A DNA stretch of 64,000 nt from a candidate division FCPU426 bacterium (GTDB lineage Bacteria > Oederibacteriota > JAAXVQ01 > JAUVAV01). The position numbers were made by a program, and so were the translations under genes. The stretch spans positions 33,631 through 97,630 of the forward strand of contig DAOWGI010000092.1 of the NCBI GenBank assembly GCA_030637655.1, in the 5' to 3' direction. Positions within the stretch are counted from its first letter, which is position 1; every line of letters begins with the position of its first letter. Below are positions 20,894-31,543 of the stretch, piece by piece. Below the pieces are notes generated by a model. The model was not told where the DNA came from. It made no database searches and saw nothing but the letters and a program-made list of their open reading frames with translations.

Positions 20894-23199
20894 GCGGTTT
20901 CACCCTCCCCGGATTCTGCCGGCTGTTCCAAGCGTGTGTAGTCACATCCTTCCACCGGACATACCAAGGCATCCCCCGTACGTTTGGAATGTTTGCGCGC
21001 CAAATATGGATTGTCGCATTTGGGACATTTTTCCAATACCGGTTTATTCCAGGAAACAAAATTGCATTTGGGATAACGACTGCAACCAAAAAACATACGT
21101 CCCCGCCGGCTTCGGCGTTCGATAACTTGGCCGTCACAATCCGGCAAAGGACAATCCAAACCAATCTCTTTGTTGATGGATTTGGTAAATTTGCATTCCG
21201 GATACTTGCTGCAGGCTAAAAATTTACCAAATCTACTGTATTTAATATGCAAAGGACTTCCACAGGTTTCACATTTCTCATCAATGGTTTCTTCGTCTTT
21301 GACCACAATATTGCCTTGCTCATCCTTGCCCATGGGCTTGGTATTCCGGCAGGCCGGATACTTGGAGCAGGCAATAAATTTTCCGTGCCTCCCCCACTTC
21401 ACCGTCAATTTGGCGCCGCATTTTTCACAAATCTCATCCAATTCCACTTCCACTTCTGATTTGATATCCTGCATATGCTTTTGCGCCTTGTCCAAATCCT
21501 GCTGGAATGATTGGTAAAACTTTTTTAAGACTGCGATCCACTTGGCGTTGCCGGTTTCAATCTCATCCAGCTCATTTTCCATGGAAGCGGTAAATTCGAT
21601 ATCCAAAATATCCGGAAAACTTTCCACCAGCAGATCATTAATAATAATGCCTATTTCTACCGGAGCAAACCTTCCGTTCTTGCGTTCAATGTAATTACGG
21701 ACCAAAATTGTACTAATAATCGGCGCGTACGTACTCGGCCGCCCAATATTATTTTCCTCCAATGCCTTCACCAAGGTAGCATCATTGTACCGTGGCGGCG
21801 GTTGGGTAAATTTCTGTTCAGGCCGAATTTCCTGCATCCGCACTGCTTGTTGCTCTTCCAAGAGCGGCAATAACTTATCGTCGTCCTTGGAATTCGTTTC
21901 AGCTTCTCCGTTGTTGACCGGTTCTTCGCTTTCAATATATACGGACATAAAGCCTTTAAACTTCATAATAGAACCGCCGGCCCGCAAGGTATACGCTCCG
22001 GCTTGAATATCCACCAGGGTGGCGTCAAAACGGGCCGGGGTCATTTGCGAAGCCACAAAACGCCGCCAAATGAGCCGGTATAACTTAAATTGATCAGGTG
22101 TCAGGTGCTTTTTAAGCGCATCGGGTGAATTTTCTTCCAAAATATACGTCGGACGAATCGCTTCGTGCGCATCCTGCACCTGCCGCTTGGCTTTGTATTT
22201 CGGTGGTTTGGCCGGCATGTATTCTGCGCCGTACGTCTGAGTAATAAAATCACGCGCTTGCGCCTGCGCTTCCTCATTGACCCGCACCGAGTCCGTGCGC
22301 ATATAAGTAATCAAACCGATTGGCCCTTCGCTGCCAATATCCAACCCTTCGTACAACTGCTGAGCAACCATCATGGTTTTCTTACCCGTAAACCGCAGCT
22401 TATTGGCAGCTTCTTGTTGGAGCTTACTGGTAATAAAAGGAGGCGCCGGCATCCGCCGCTGCTCTTTTTTTTCAACCTTAACAACTTGATAGGATGCTTG
22501 CTCTAAATCCTCAACCACCTGCCGGCTTTCCGCTTCATTGCACAGCTCCAGTTTGGCATGGTCTTTTTGCGTTACCAGGGCCGTAAAACTTTCCTTGGCC
22601 TCTGTTTCCAGGGAAACCTCGATCTTCCAATATTCCCGCGGCTCAAAGTTCTCGATTTCGCGCTCCCGGTTGACCACTAAGCGAACGGCTACGGACTGTA
22701 CGCGCCCAGCGGAAAGTCCCTTGCGAACTTTTTTCCACAGTAATGGCGACAACGAATAGCCCACAATACGGTCCAGGATTCTTCGTGCCTGTTGTGCGTT
22801 GACCATATTGTCATCTATGGCTTGCGGCTGCTCAATGGCAAGGCCTACCGCCTTCTTGGTAATCTCATTGAACATGATCCGAAACACCTTCTTGTTCTTA
22901 CTCTCAAGCTCATGTTTCAAATGCCAGGCAATGGCTTCCCCTTCCCGATCCGGGTCAGGAGCCAAGTAAATGTTATCCGCAGAGCCGGCCAGACGTTTCA
23001 GTTCTTTTAATATCTTGGAACGGGAACGAATGGTTATATAATGTGGTTTAAACTCATTCTCAAGATCTACCCCCAATTTACTCTTGGGCAAATCACGCAC
23101 ATGCCCCATGGAAGCTTTGACCAAAAACTTTTTCCCTAAAAACTTATTAATTGTTTTCGCTTTTGCCGGTGATTCAACAATAACCAGACTTTTTCGCAT
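20890..23199 (-). CDS. topA: DNA topoisomerase I
   Basis: LVIVESPAKAKTI, DPDREGEAI, SAGRVQS, ITYMRTDS (catalytic Tyr), GRPSTY, C-terminal zinc ribbons. Confidence 0.98.
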   Translation of the reverse strand: MRKSLVIVESPAKAKTINKFLGKKFLVKASMGHVRDLPKSKLGVDLENEFKPHYITIRSRSKILKELKRLAGSADNIYLAPDPDREGEAIAWHLKHELESKNKKVFRIMFNEITKKAVGLAIEQPQAIDDNMVNAQQARRILDRIVGYSLSPLLWKKVRKGLSAGRVQSVAVRLVVNREREIENFEPREYWKIEVSLETEAKESFTALVTQKDHAKLELCNEAESRQVVEDLEQASYQVVKVEKKEQRRMPAPPFITSKLQQEAANKLRFTGKKTMMVAQQLYEGLDIGSEGPIGLITYMRTDSVRVNEEAQAQARDFITQTYGAEYMPAKPPKYKAKRQVQDAHEAIRPTYILEENSPDALKKHLTPDQFKLYRLIWRRFVASQMTPARFDATLVDIQAGAYTLRAGGSIMKFKGFMSVYIESEEPVNNGEAETNSKDDDKLLPLLEEQQAVRMQEIRPEQKFTQPPPRYNDATLVKALEENNIGRPSTYAPIISTILVRNYIERKNGRFAPVEIGIIINDLLVESFPDILDIEFTASMENELDEIETGNAKWIAVLKKFYQSFQQDLDKAQKHMQDIKSEVEVELDEICEKCGAKLTVKWGRHGKFIACSKYPACRNTKPMGKDEQGNIVVKDEETIDEKCETCGSPLHIKYSRFGKFLACSKYPECKFTKSINKEIGLDCPLPDCDGQVIERRSRRGRMFFGCSRYPKCNFVSWNKPVLEKCPKCDNPYLARKHSKRTGDALVCPVEGCDYTRLEQPAESGEGETA

Positions 23200-23322
23200 A
23201 ATATGTTGCCCATTCCTTATTTTGATACTGAATTATAATTTAAGCATAGGCCGGTTTTAAAGTCAATAAAAAGGAAAACCGCTTTAATTCAAGGGTTTTT
23301 AACTATTATGTGACCTATGCCG

Positions 23323-24108
23323 TTAAAACCGCAAAAGCAAGGTGCCGAGTAAGCTGCCGGATTTGATGGTTAATCTGGATATCTCTCCCAAAGCATTCCC
23401 TTCAAACCAACGGAATTGATAAAGAAAATCCAATCCCCACCCGGCTGAATCCCGGTACTCCATTTTCAAGCATCCCTGCCATTGTGTGCCCACTCCGGCT
23501 TCCTGGTATTCTGTGACCAGAAAATCATCCTCAATAAAATACAGACTCTTATAAAAATCCACTACTGCCCGCGGAGCGTACACTACGGCTATAGAGGCAG
23601 TAACATCCTGCGCCTGTAGAAATTCCCACTCCACTAATCCCGTAATTGACTGTAACTGATAATACATGAAACGATAGCCGGTACGCCCGGAATAATGCTC
23701 CAGAGTCCGACTTGAAAACTGCAGACCAACAGCCATGGCTCCCCAAAACTGATATTTACCTTCCAACACTATGCTCTCTTGACCGGCCCAAAAAAAGGGA
23801 TCTATGGAAATGGTATCCAGATTTGTCCCCTTCCATTCCCCGCTCACATTCCACTTCGAAGTGCCGGCCTGTAAGCGTGCAAACCAAGGCCTTTGAGCAT
23901 ACGTTATTTGCACTGACGCCAAAGTACTCTGCAACATAGTATGATAGTATTCTCCCTGCACGTCCTCCACCATGACTTTGACCGTATAATACTCCATGCC
24001 GGCCCCGGCTGTTACCTCAGCCCGGCTTGAGGCGGAAAAAAGCATGCTCAATAGCACAACCGTTACATGCAGTCCGGATTTTAGGGCCTTTATCCTACGT
24101 TTATGCAT
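23323..24108 (-). CDS. Secreted protein, probable outer-membrane beta-barrel
   Basis: Start ATG 24108 (MHKRRIKALK) then a signal peptide ending SSRA; alternating aromatic/hydrophobic strands; C-terminal LLLRF ending in Phe. Confidence 0.6.
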   Translation of the reverse strand: MHKRRIKALKSGLHVTVVLLSMLFSASSRAEVTAGAGMEYYTVKVMVEDVQGEYYHTMLQSTLASVQITYAQRPWFARLQAGTSKWNVSGEWKGTNLDTISIDPFFWAGQESIVLEGKYQFWGAMAVGLQFSSRTLEHYSGRTGYRFMYYQLQSITGLVEWEFLQAQDVTASIAVVYAPRAVVDFYKSLYFIEDDFLVTEYQEAGVGTQWQGCLKMEYRDSAGWGLDFLYQFRWFEGNALGEISRLTIKSGSLLGTLLLRF

Positions 24109-25217
24109 TTTTCCCCCACCCAATGATAGAATTGACCAGGCGCACATTGTACCATACCTTGCAGCTCCAAAGACAACAGACTCTCCAGCAGTGCCGGCAA
24201 AGGCAGTTGGCATTGAATAAGCAATTGATCAATATGCAGCGCTCCGCTTTCCAACGCTTGACAAATCTTCTGGTTTTCCGGGGATAGTAATGGGATGGCT
24301 TTTTCGCGCTGGTTGGGTTGCATTGAACTTGTATGCTTCTCGTTGATTTTGGGCAACTCCTGCAATATATCTTCTACCTGAGTAACCAATTTGGCGCCAT
24401 CTTGAATCAACGCATGCGTGCCCTGCGAAAGCGACGACTGAAAAGAACCCGGAACAGCAAACACGTCCTTTCCTTGTTCGCTTGCCCACCGCGCGGTAAT
24501 CAGCGCTCCGGAACGAACACGTGCCTCAACCACTAATACTCCTTGGGACAAACCGCTGATCACGCGATTGCGTCTGGGAAAAAGCTGTGGTACTGCGGGT
24601 TGGGCCATAGGAAATTCGGATATGACGGCACCCTGCCGCGCGATGCTGTGCCATAGTTCTTTGTTTTCCGGAGGATACACATGGGAAAGACCGTGTGCTA
24701 CCACGGCCAATGTGCGCCCATTATTTTGCAAGGCCGTCATATGCGCCTGCGTATCAATCCCTAAAGCCAGGCCGGAAACAATAGTCAGACCCTGTCGGAC
24801 TAAATCTCTGACCAATAACTTCGTTGCCGTAATACCATAAGCACTGGGCCGTCGGCTGCCCACCACAGCCAAGGCCTTGCTGTCCTCCGGCAGCCAATTC
24901 CCCAGAACATAGAGCACTGGCGGAGAAAAATCAATGGAACGCAATACCGCAGGATATGTTTTTTCCTCTAAGGTCACAATACGAGCGCCACACGCCCGGC
25001 TTTTTTTCAATTCTTCCTCAGCCACTTGCTCCCAGGCTGTGCCGCAAATCCGTTCTGCCAGTTCCGGACTAATATGTCGCATCGCGGCCAAATACCGGCT
25101 CGGTTGCGCAAAAACCTTGCCGGCTGAACCAAACTGTTCCGCCAAGCGCCGGGACAAGACCGGCCCTACTCCGGCAATACTATTTAAAGCAATCCAAGCA
25201 TATGAATTTTTAGTCAT
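24090..25217 (-). CDS. dprA: DNA processing protein DprA
   Basis: AVVGSR, IVSGLALGID, ISEFP, FPRRNRVISGLS, SGALITA, VFAVPG, C-terminal winged helix. Confidence 0.95.
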   Translation of the reverse strand: MTKNSYAWIALNSIAGVGPVLSRRLAEQFGSAGKVFAQPSRYLAAMRHISPELAERICGTAWEQVAEEELKKSRACGARIVTLEEKTYPAVLRSIDFSPPVLYVLGNWLPEDSKALAVVGSRRPSAYGITATKLLVRDLVRQGLTIVSGLALGIDTQAHMTALQNNGRTLAVVAHGLSHVYPPENKELWHSIARQGAVISEFPMAQPAVPQLFPRRNRVISGLSQGVLVVEARVRSGALITARWASEQGKDVFAVPGSFQSSLSQGTHALIQDGAKLVTQVEDILQELPKINEKHTSSMQPNQREKAIPLLSPENQKICQALESGALHIDQLLIQCQLPLPALLESLLSLELQGMVQCAPGQFYHWVGEKCINVG

Positions 25218-25222
25218 GGGAA

Positions 25223-27367
25223 TTAGCCGAAAAAAATTTCAATCCGAGATCCATTTTTGAGTGGTGTGGTAAATGCCGCTTTTTGTCCATCCACCATCAA
25301 TTGTATGGTCCCGGCATTGGGAGGTGGTGTGAGATCCAGACCCTCCAAAATATGTGACAACGTCGGAGAATAACTTTCTTTTTTTTCTATCACAATCTCA
25401 GCATTTTCAGGAACTAAGGCATCAGGTGTTGCTCCCTCACCATTGATGGTTATCCTCTTGCCGCCGCTATCCAACATTTTGGTTTTTCCATTTACGGCGA
25501 CTGAAATCTGATTGGACGGTGGAAGTTCAATTCCTAAATCGCGCATGCGCAGTTCAACCATATCCGTCTGTTTCCATTCAATCCGGTCATTGGGACGAGG
25601 ACAATAGTCAATAGTTACGTTTTGCCGGTTGGCGAGAATAACTGTTCCGTATTCCCGGTGAACTTGCTTTTGTTCTCCATTCACAAAAAACCGGACCTGT
25701 TTCGAAGTGGCGGCAACCGCGGATAATTCCGGCATCAATTCTCCCAAGGTTTTTTGTGAGCCCCAGTTCAACTCAGCCCGATCCGGGATTTCCGCCTCTG
25801 GATCAACCGGTTGATCTTGCTGCCTCAGCACCGGTTCCAACTCCAGGTTGTGTCCATTACAGGTACACCAAAAAGGACCCCCTGGACGAGGAACATCTAC
25901 CGCCTTTAAACGCGCGGCCCGTCCATTCACAGCAGCCGTCAGTTCAATGTCATCACCAGCCTGAACTACGGTATCCAACGTGGCTGGTTTGGAATTGAGT
26001 TTTATTTCCGCCAAGGTTCCGAGGGTCCCGGGAACGGTCATCAGACGGCCGGCCAAAGTATAGGTTATAGCCTGGCCAGGCCGCGGATGCAGTGATTTCA
26101 TCTCTTTGCCGGCTGAGAGCAGCGCTTCAAAAACCGTCGGCTTACTACTTAAGGCTAAAAGCTGAATCGGTTGTTTATTAACATAAGCAGTAATAAAACG
26201 GAGTCCTTTGCCACGCGAAGCCAGCAACGCGATTCCCAAGGGGGTTATCCCCTCAATGCCTTTGAGTGTGGGTGTGGGGTTTTCCAGTTCAGGGATGGTT
26301 TCCGGTCCCCGACATCCGACCCGTGACGGATCCAGTTTTAGAGCTTCTGCCACGCTTGGTCCCAAGCCCGGTGTCGCGCTGCCGCCGCCTACCATGACCA
26401 CTGCCCGAGGAACAGCTCCGTTTAATTTTATAATGGTATCGGCAATAGCTTTGGCCAGTTTTTTCACATCAGGTTGGAGGTTCTGCCGGATTTCTGCGGC
26501 AGAAACATTCATTTTTTGGCCAAGAATGGTGGTAAAGCCCAGCCGGGCATCCCCGGCTGTTTCCAATGCGCGTTTTACTTTCTCAGCCTCATTGAATTCC
26601 AAAAGGTAATGTTCGCACAAGCGCTCGGTAATTTCGTCACCGGCGTGTGTGACCATGGCATAAGCAAAAACCGAGCCATTGCGAGTAATGGCAATATCCG
26701 AGGTTCCCGCGCCCACATCCACCAGGGCAATATTCATTCTCCTTAGATCATTCGGAATGGTCGCTTCAATCGCCGCAATAGGCTCCAAGGTCAAACTGCG
26801 TGCGGCCAGATTCGCACGTCGCAAAACCGCCATGAGCGAATCCACCACCTGACGCGGCAGAAAGGTAGCCAACACTTCAACTGACATTTCCTGCCCTTGA
26901 TGTCCCACTAAATCATCCAACACTTCATTGTCCAGCCTAAAACGAATAGTGGAAAACCCAACACAATGCAATTGATGTTTGTTACCCTGGGAGTGTAAAG
27001 CTGTTTGCGCGGCCCGGGCGGCAGACAACTCCAAGGCCAGAACATCCTCTCGCGTAATTTCGGTCCTGGCAGGGAAATAGCGTTTTTGTTCGGCGGATTC
27101 GGTTAATAAAGCGCGACCCGCGGCAGCCACGGCTGCTTCGGTCAATGTAATTCCCAGCTCTGCTTCCAACACCGCTTTGACCTGAGACACAACTTTGGCC
27201 ACTGCTTCCACGCGATGCACCTGTCCACCCAGCATCGCACGATCAGGGTGTTCGTGTACACACGCAGCCAATACTTTCAGGCCCTGCTTGTGTTGCTTGA
27301 CCACCACACCGGCAACTTTTCTGGTTCCAATGTCCAAAATAAAAATAGTATCGTGCTTAGGACTCAC
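25223..27367 (-). CDS. FtsA/PilM-like actin-fold ATPase with C-terminal beta-grasp (ThiS/TGS-like) repeats
   Basis: LDIGTRKV, LEPIAA, VDVGAGTSD, AEKVKR, MVGGGS; C-terminal ~320 aa with repeated VNG and ...GDDIEL / NDRIEW / GSRIEI units. Confidence 0.8.
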   Translation of the reverse strand: MSPKHDTIFILDIGTRKVAGVVVKQHKQGLKVLAACVHEHPDRAMLGGQVHRVEAVAKVVSQVKAVLEAELGITLTEAAVAAAGRALLTESAEQKRYFPARTEITREDVLALELSAARAAQTALHSQGNKHQLHCVGFSTIRFRLDNEVLDDLVGHQGQEMSVEVLATFLPRQVVDSLMAVLRRANLAARSLTLEPIAAIEATIPNDLRRMNIALVDVGAGTSDIAITRNGSVFAYAMVTHAGDEITERLCEHYLLEFNEAEKVKRALETAGDARLGFTTILGQKMNVSAAEIRQNLQPDVKKLAKAIADTIIKLNGAVPRAVVMVGGGSATPGLGPSVAEALKLDPSRVGCRGPETIPELENPTPTLKGIEGITPLGIALLASRGKGLRFITAYVNKQPIQLLALSSKPTVFEALLSAGKEMKSLHPRPGQAITYTLAGRLMTVPGTLGTLAEIKLNSKPATLDTVVQAGDDIELTAAVNGRAARLKAVDVPRPGGPFWCTCNGHNLELEPVLRQQDQPVDPEAEIPDRAELNWGSQKTLGELMPELSAVAATSKQVRFFVNGEQKQVHREYGTVILANRQNVTIDYCPRPNDRIEWKQTDMVELRMRDLGIELPPSNQISVAVNGKTKMLDSGGKRITINGEGATPDALVPENAEIVIEKKESYSPTLSHILEGLDLTPPPNAGTIQLMVDGQKAAFTTPLKNGSRIEIFFG

Positions 27368-27978
27368 CGAGGCACCTGAGTAGCGCGCAGGATAACATCC
27401 AAAGATACTTTATCCGGCATTAAAAAAAAGTAGCCTTGAATCACCCGGGCGGATTCCATAAACTCGGTTTCAATACAAATGACTTCCATATTAGCCGGAA
27501 ATCCCTTGGACAGCTCACTGATTACAGCTTCCGCCATATCAAATATCAACTGCGGAACAGATTGTAACAACAAGAGCCCTAAAAATTCGGTCAAGGCATT
27601 GAGATACGCGCCGGCCAGAATATTCCCGGCCTCTTTGATGGCTGAGTGCTCCATCATGGTAAGTATTTGTCGCTCTTCGGTATCTTGTTTGGTTAATAAG
27701 CCGGCCATCTGCAGGGCGCTTTTACGCGGAAGGATCAAAACGATCTTGGCGGAAATGTCCCCCAAGACGTGCATGGTAACTCCGGCAATAAGCGACTGCG
27801 CCCCACCTACCAAATGCACCACTTTTTCCATAGGCAAACACAGCACCTTGGGAACGGTAATCATAATCTTTTTTTCAATGAGTTGCGAGAGAGCCGTAGC
27901 CGCATGTCCGGCCCCTATGTTTCCTACCTCGCGTACGGCATCCAATTGTATATCTGTGAGAGCTCGGATATTAGGCAA
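27364..27978 (-). CDS. cheC: CheY-P phosphatase CheC
   Basis: Two D/S-xxx-E-x-G-N motifs (DAVREVGNIGAGHAATALS; SAIKEAGNILAGAYLNAL), DMAEAV. Confidence 0.93.
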   Translation of the reverse strand: MPNIRALTDIQLDAVREVGNIGAGHAATALSQLIEKKIMITVPKVLCLPMEKVVHLVGGAQSLIAGVTMHVLGDISAKIVLILPRKSALQMAGLLTKQDTEERQILTMMEHSAIKEAGNILAGAYLNALTEFLGLLLLQSVPQLIFDMAEAVISELSKGFPANMEVICIETEFMESARVIQGYFFLMPDKVSLDVILRATQVPR

Positions 27979-28002
27979 AACGTCTCACCCCCTTACTAAA
28001 AT

Positions 28003-30066
28003 CTACTGAACTAATGTGGGTACATCCAAAACCAAAGAAATCCGGCCGTCACCCAAAATGGTCACTCCCGAGAATCCTTTAACACTTTTCAACATCTGTC
28101 CCAGGGACTTAATCGCGATTTCTTGTTGTCCCAAGACTTGATCCACCAATAACCCAACCCTCATTTCTCCGACTTCGGTTACCAGAACCGCACGATCAAT
28201 GCTTTTTGATTCTTCACCCGGGACCTCCAGGATTCTATGCAGCCGTAATAAAGGCAACACACTATCCCGGTACATAACAACTTCACCCTGCTGTACAAAC
28301 TTAACGTCTGATTCAACAAACTCAATGGTCTCGACCGTATTGATGACCGGCAAGGCATACACTTCCTTGCCCACGCTAAACAACATGGCTTGAATAATAG
28401 CCAAGGTCATAGGCATACGCATAATAAAAACGCTGCCTTGGCCCGGATCGCCCTCAATACGCAAACTCCCGCCAAAGGATTCAATCTTGGTGCGCACGGC
28501 ATCCACGCCCACACCGCGTCCGCTGATCTCGGTAACCTCTTGGAGGGTGGTAAATCCCGGCAGGCTGATCAGATTGACGGCCTCCTGGTCGGTTAAGCGC
28601 TCGCTTTCCTCCGGACTCATCATCCCGCGATCCACAGCCGTTTGCCGCAATTTTACCGGATCGAGACCTATCCCGTCATCAACCACTTTTATAATAACAT
28701 GATTCTTCTCCCGCATGGCAGTTAAACGCACGGATCCCTGCCGTGCTTTTCCCTTCTGTATACGAACCTCCGGTATTTCAATACCATGATCCACGGCATT
28801 GCGGAGCAGGTGCACTAAAGGATCATTGATTTCATCCAAAACCGTCCGATCCAATTCGATCTCTTTGCCTTCCATTTCCAATTCGATCTCTTTGCCGCTC
28901 TCTTTGGCCAAATCACGAATCATACGCGGAAAACGATTAAAAATATGCTCCATGGGAACCATACGTACTTCGGTAACTTCATCCTGCAGATCATTGGTAA
29001 TCCGATCAAATTGAATCAGCGCTTCTTTCAATTCTTTCATGCTGTGTTGTTTGGAAATTTGTGTTAGCCTGATTTTATTGATGACCAATTCTCCGACCAA
29101 ATTCTGCAGATTGTCCAAACGTTCAATGTTCACACGGATACTTTGGACCGCACGACCGGTAGTATCCCGATTCTTCCTTTTGCTCGCTTGCCGTGAGGGG
29201 GCCACCAATATTTTCGCTTTGGCTTTGGTGTCACCAAAAAAGTCTTCAATCCGTTCTATGGTCAGAGATTCTATCTCATAGGACTCAAGTTCAGCAATAT
29301 TTTTCAAGCTACGCTGTAATAATTCTTGCTTGCGTTGGGACAAAACCAGCAATAAAAATTCCAGATCAAATTCACCTTCCTGCAGGGCCTGCGGATCGGG
29401 AAAACTGGCGACAATTTCACCGTATTCGGAAAGTGCTTTGTACACCATGAAGGCACGAACCCCTTTAAAAGAACAGGACGCAGCTACCCGAACCCGGACA
29501 CCATAGGTCAAGTACCCTTCCGCATCCGCTTGGGCGATTAATTCCTCCATATGTTCTATGTTCAAATCCTCTTCAGCGCTCTTGCTCCCGCCAAACAATT
29601 TTTTCTCTTCACTTTTCTCTTTTTTCTCCGGGACCTCCGCAGATGTTGTCAACAGGGCTTTTTTGTCTTCTAAAGTCGGCTCGCTATCTCTCTGGTAAAA
29701 ATCCTTTAGTTTTTTCAGCAACGGATCAACATCAATATTTTTCAGTTCCGAGGTTGATATTTCTTCAATCAGCATACCCAGGGTATCCAGACATTCAAAT
29801 AAAACGTCTACAATGGGTGAGGTAATGGTCTGCTGACGGGCACGCAATTTATCAAGAACATTTTCCATTTGGTGGGTAAGTTCTGTGATCTGATCAAACC
29901 CCATAGTGGCGGCCATGCCCTTGAGCGTATGGGCGGTGCGAAAAATATCATTCAGGGATTGCTGATCTGAAGTGTCTTTTTCCAACGCCAATAAGGCCTG
30001 ATTGAGGCGGTCAAGGTGTTCGAGGGATTCACTTATAAATAAATCTTTATATTCTAATGTATCCAT
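28003..30066 (-). CDS. cheA: Chemotaxis histidine kinase CheA (P1-P5)
   Basis: FRTAHTLKGMAATMG, P2 domain, LVGELVI, HLLRNAVDHGIE, DDGIG, SGRGVGVD, GVTILGDG. Confidence 0.96.
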   Translation of the reverse strand: MDTLEYKDLFISESLEHLDRLNQALLALEKDTSDQQSLNDIFRTAHTLKGMAATMGFDQITELTHQMENVLDKLRARQQTITSPIVDVLFECLDTLGMLIEEISTSELKNIDVDPLLKKLKDFYQRDSEPTLEDKKALLTTSAEVPEKKEKSEEKKLFGGSKSAEEDLNIEHMEELIAQADAEGYLTYGVRVRVAASCSFKGVRAFMVYKALSEYGEIVASFPDPQALQEGEFDLEFLLLVLSQRKQELLQRSLKNIAELESYEIESLTIERIEDFFGDTKAKAKILVAPSRQASKRKNRDTTGRAVQSIRVNIERLDNLQNLVGELVINKIRLTQISKQHSMKELKEALIQFDRITNDLQDEVTEVRMVPMEHIFNRFPRMIRDLAKESGKEIELEMEGKEIELDRTVLDEINDPLVHLLRNAVDHGIEIPEVRIQKGKARQGSVRLTAMREKNHVIIKVVDDGIGLDPVKLRQTAVDRGMMSPEESERLTDQEAVNLISLPGFTTLQEVTEISGRGVGVDAVRTKIESFGGSLRIEGDPGQGSVFIMRMPMTLAIIQAMLFSVGKEVYALPVINTVETIEFVESDVKFVQQGEVVMYRDSVLPLLRLHRILEVPGEESKSIDRAVLVTEVGEMRVGLLVDQVLGQQEIAIKSLGQMLKSVKGFSGVTILGDGRISLVLDVPTLVQ

Positions 30067-30320
30067 GCAATCCTCTGGGCAGAGTGCTCTATGGTTTTTT
30101 CCCTACCCCCAAAACATATAGAGGGAAATGGTGTATGTTAAGTTAAATTATGTTATCAAGAAAACCAGACCCACGCAACCACCTTTTTTCTCCCGCCAAT
30201 ACACCACTTATTACTACAGTATCTCTAGGTTCGACGAAAACTAACATATCTATAGGATAGAATTAATACTCCTGACCGAATCGTGGCCCCTCAACTCACC
30301 CCTAGTATTCTTTTTTCCGA

Positions 30321-31529
30321 CTATATGACCTTGCCCAAAATGCAATTCAAATACCGGCTTTCCGGTAATTGTGACTTCTCCGGATGGTCCCGGTCCGGAC
30401 CAAATTGAGTAATTATTTTTAATTTCCTTCCGGTGTTACTCACTCCTTGTAAGGCAATTTCCGCAAAAGCCTTGCGTGTGACATGATGAGAGCACGAACA
30501 CGTCAAGAGGAGTCCTTGTGGATGTAATAATTGGGAGGCCCGTCGATGCAATTCCCGATATCCGCGCATCGCGTCTGCCAGCTCTGCTTTAGAGCGCGTG
30601 AAGGGCGGCGGATCCAGTATAATGGTTGAGTACTTCTTTTTTTGCTTTACCGCTTCGGACAAATAGGCAAATGCATTTTCTTTTCGGACGTGAATGGCAT
30701 GCTGCATCCGGTTGAGCCTGGTATTTTGCTCTAAGTGCGCCAAAGCTTGCGCCGATGTGTCCAGAGCCAATACTTGACTGGCACCGGCCCACACCGCTGC
30801 CAGGGAAAACCCGCCGGAATTGGCAAAAACATCCAGTGCGATACCGTTTATTTTTTGCTCTCGTAAACAACGGCGTGCAGCACGCTGATCCAAATAAAAA
30901 CCGGTTTTTTGACCTTTTGCTAAATTCACCCGGTACTTTATCGGACCCTCAAAAATTTCAGTTTCCGGTTCCGGCGCTGCCTCCCCGGGAAACCAAATCC
31001 ACCCTTGTTTGGCAGGAAGTCCTTCCAGCCTGCGACCGTGTCCATCACTTCGTTCGTAGATTCCTGCCGGTTTGCAACGCGATATCAGCCAGTCGACAAT
31101 ATAATTTTTACGTTTTTCCATCCCCTGAGTAATAAACTGTACTACCAGAAAAGGCGCATAATAATCGCAAATCAATCCTGGCAAACCGTCGGCTTCCGAC
31201 CACACCAAACGCCAAGCATTGGTCTCCTTTGTCAGAAATACTCGCTGTGAACGAGCCCGGTCCAATTTCCGTCCCAGCTCCCTTGCTTCGTCCGGAATCC
31301 CACTACCCAGGCGAGCAATAGGTGTATATAACATGCGTATACCAATCTGTGACAAAGGATTGACATATCCATACCCCAAACACTGCTGTTGCTCAGAATG
31401 GACCTCTACCAAATCCCCGGGACAAATACCGGCCGGCCAGGTCTGAATTTGATGGGCAAGCACCCAAAGATAACCCTGGTGTAGACGTTGGGAAGCGATT
31501 GCATTGATAACGACTTTGGCAGGAACCAC
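30321..31529 (-). CDS. rlmI: RlmI-family SAM-dependent rRNA methyltransferase
   Basis: N-terminal PUA-like region, SEADGLPGL, GQKTGFYLDQR, ILDPPPF, TCSCS. Confidence 0.85.
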   Translation of the reverse strand: MVPAKVVINAIASQRLHQGYLWVLAHQIQTWPAGICPGDLVEVHSEQQQCLGYGYVNPLSQIGIRMLYTPIARLGSGIPDEARELGRKLDRARSQRVFLTKETNAWRLVWSEADGLPGLICDYYAPFLVVQFITQGMEKRKNYIVDWLISRCKPAGIYERSDGHGRRLEGLPAKQGWIWFPGEAAPEPETEIFEGPIKYRVNLAKGQKTGFYLDQRAARRCLREQKINGIALDVFANSGGFSLAAVWAGASQVLALDTSAQALAHLEQNTRLNRMQHAIHVRKENAFAYLSEAVKQKKKYSTIILDPPPFTRSKAELADAMRGYRELHRRASQLLHPQGLLLTCSCSHHVTRKAFAEIALQGVSNTGRKLKIITQFGPDRDHPEKSQLPESRYLNCILGKVI

Positions 31530-31543
31530 TCGCGTTGTCTTCC

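Noticed and set aside
30075-30095. CIRCE half-site GAGTGCT upstream of cheA
   Set aside because: No TTAGCACTC left arm at 9-bp spacing.
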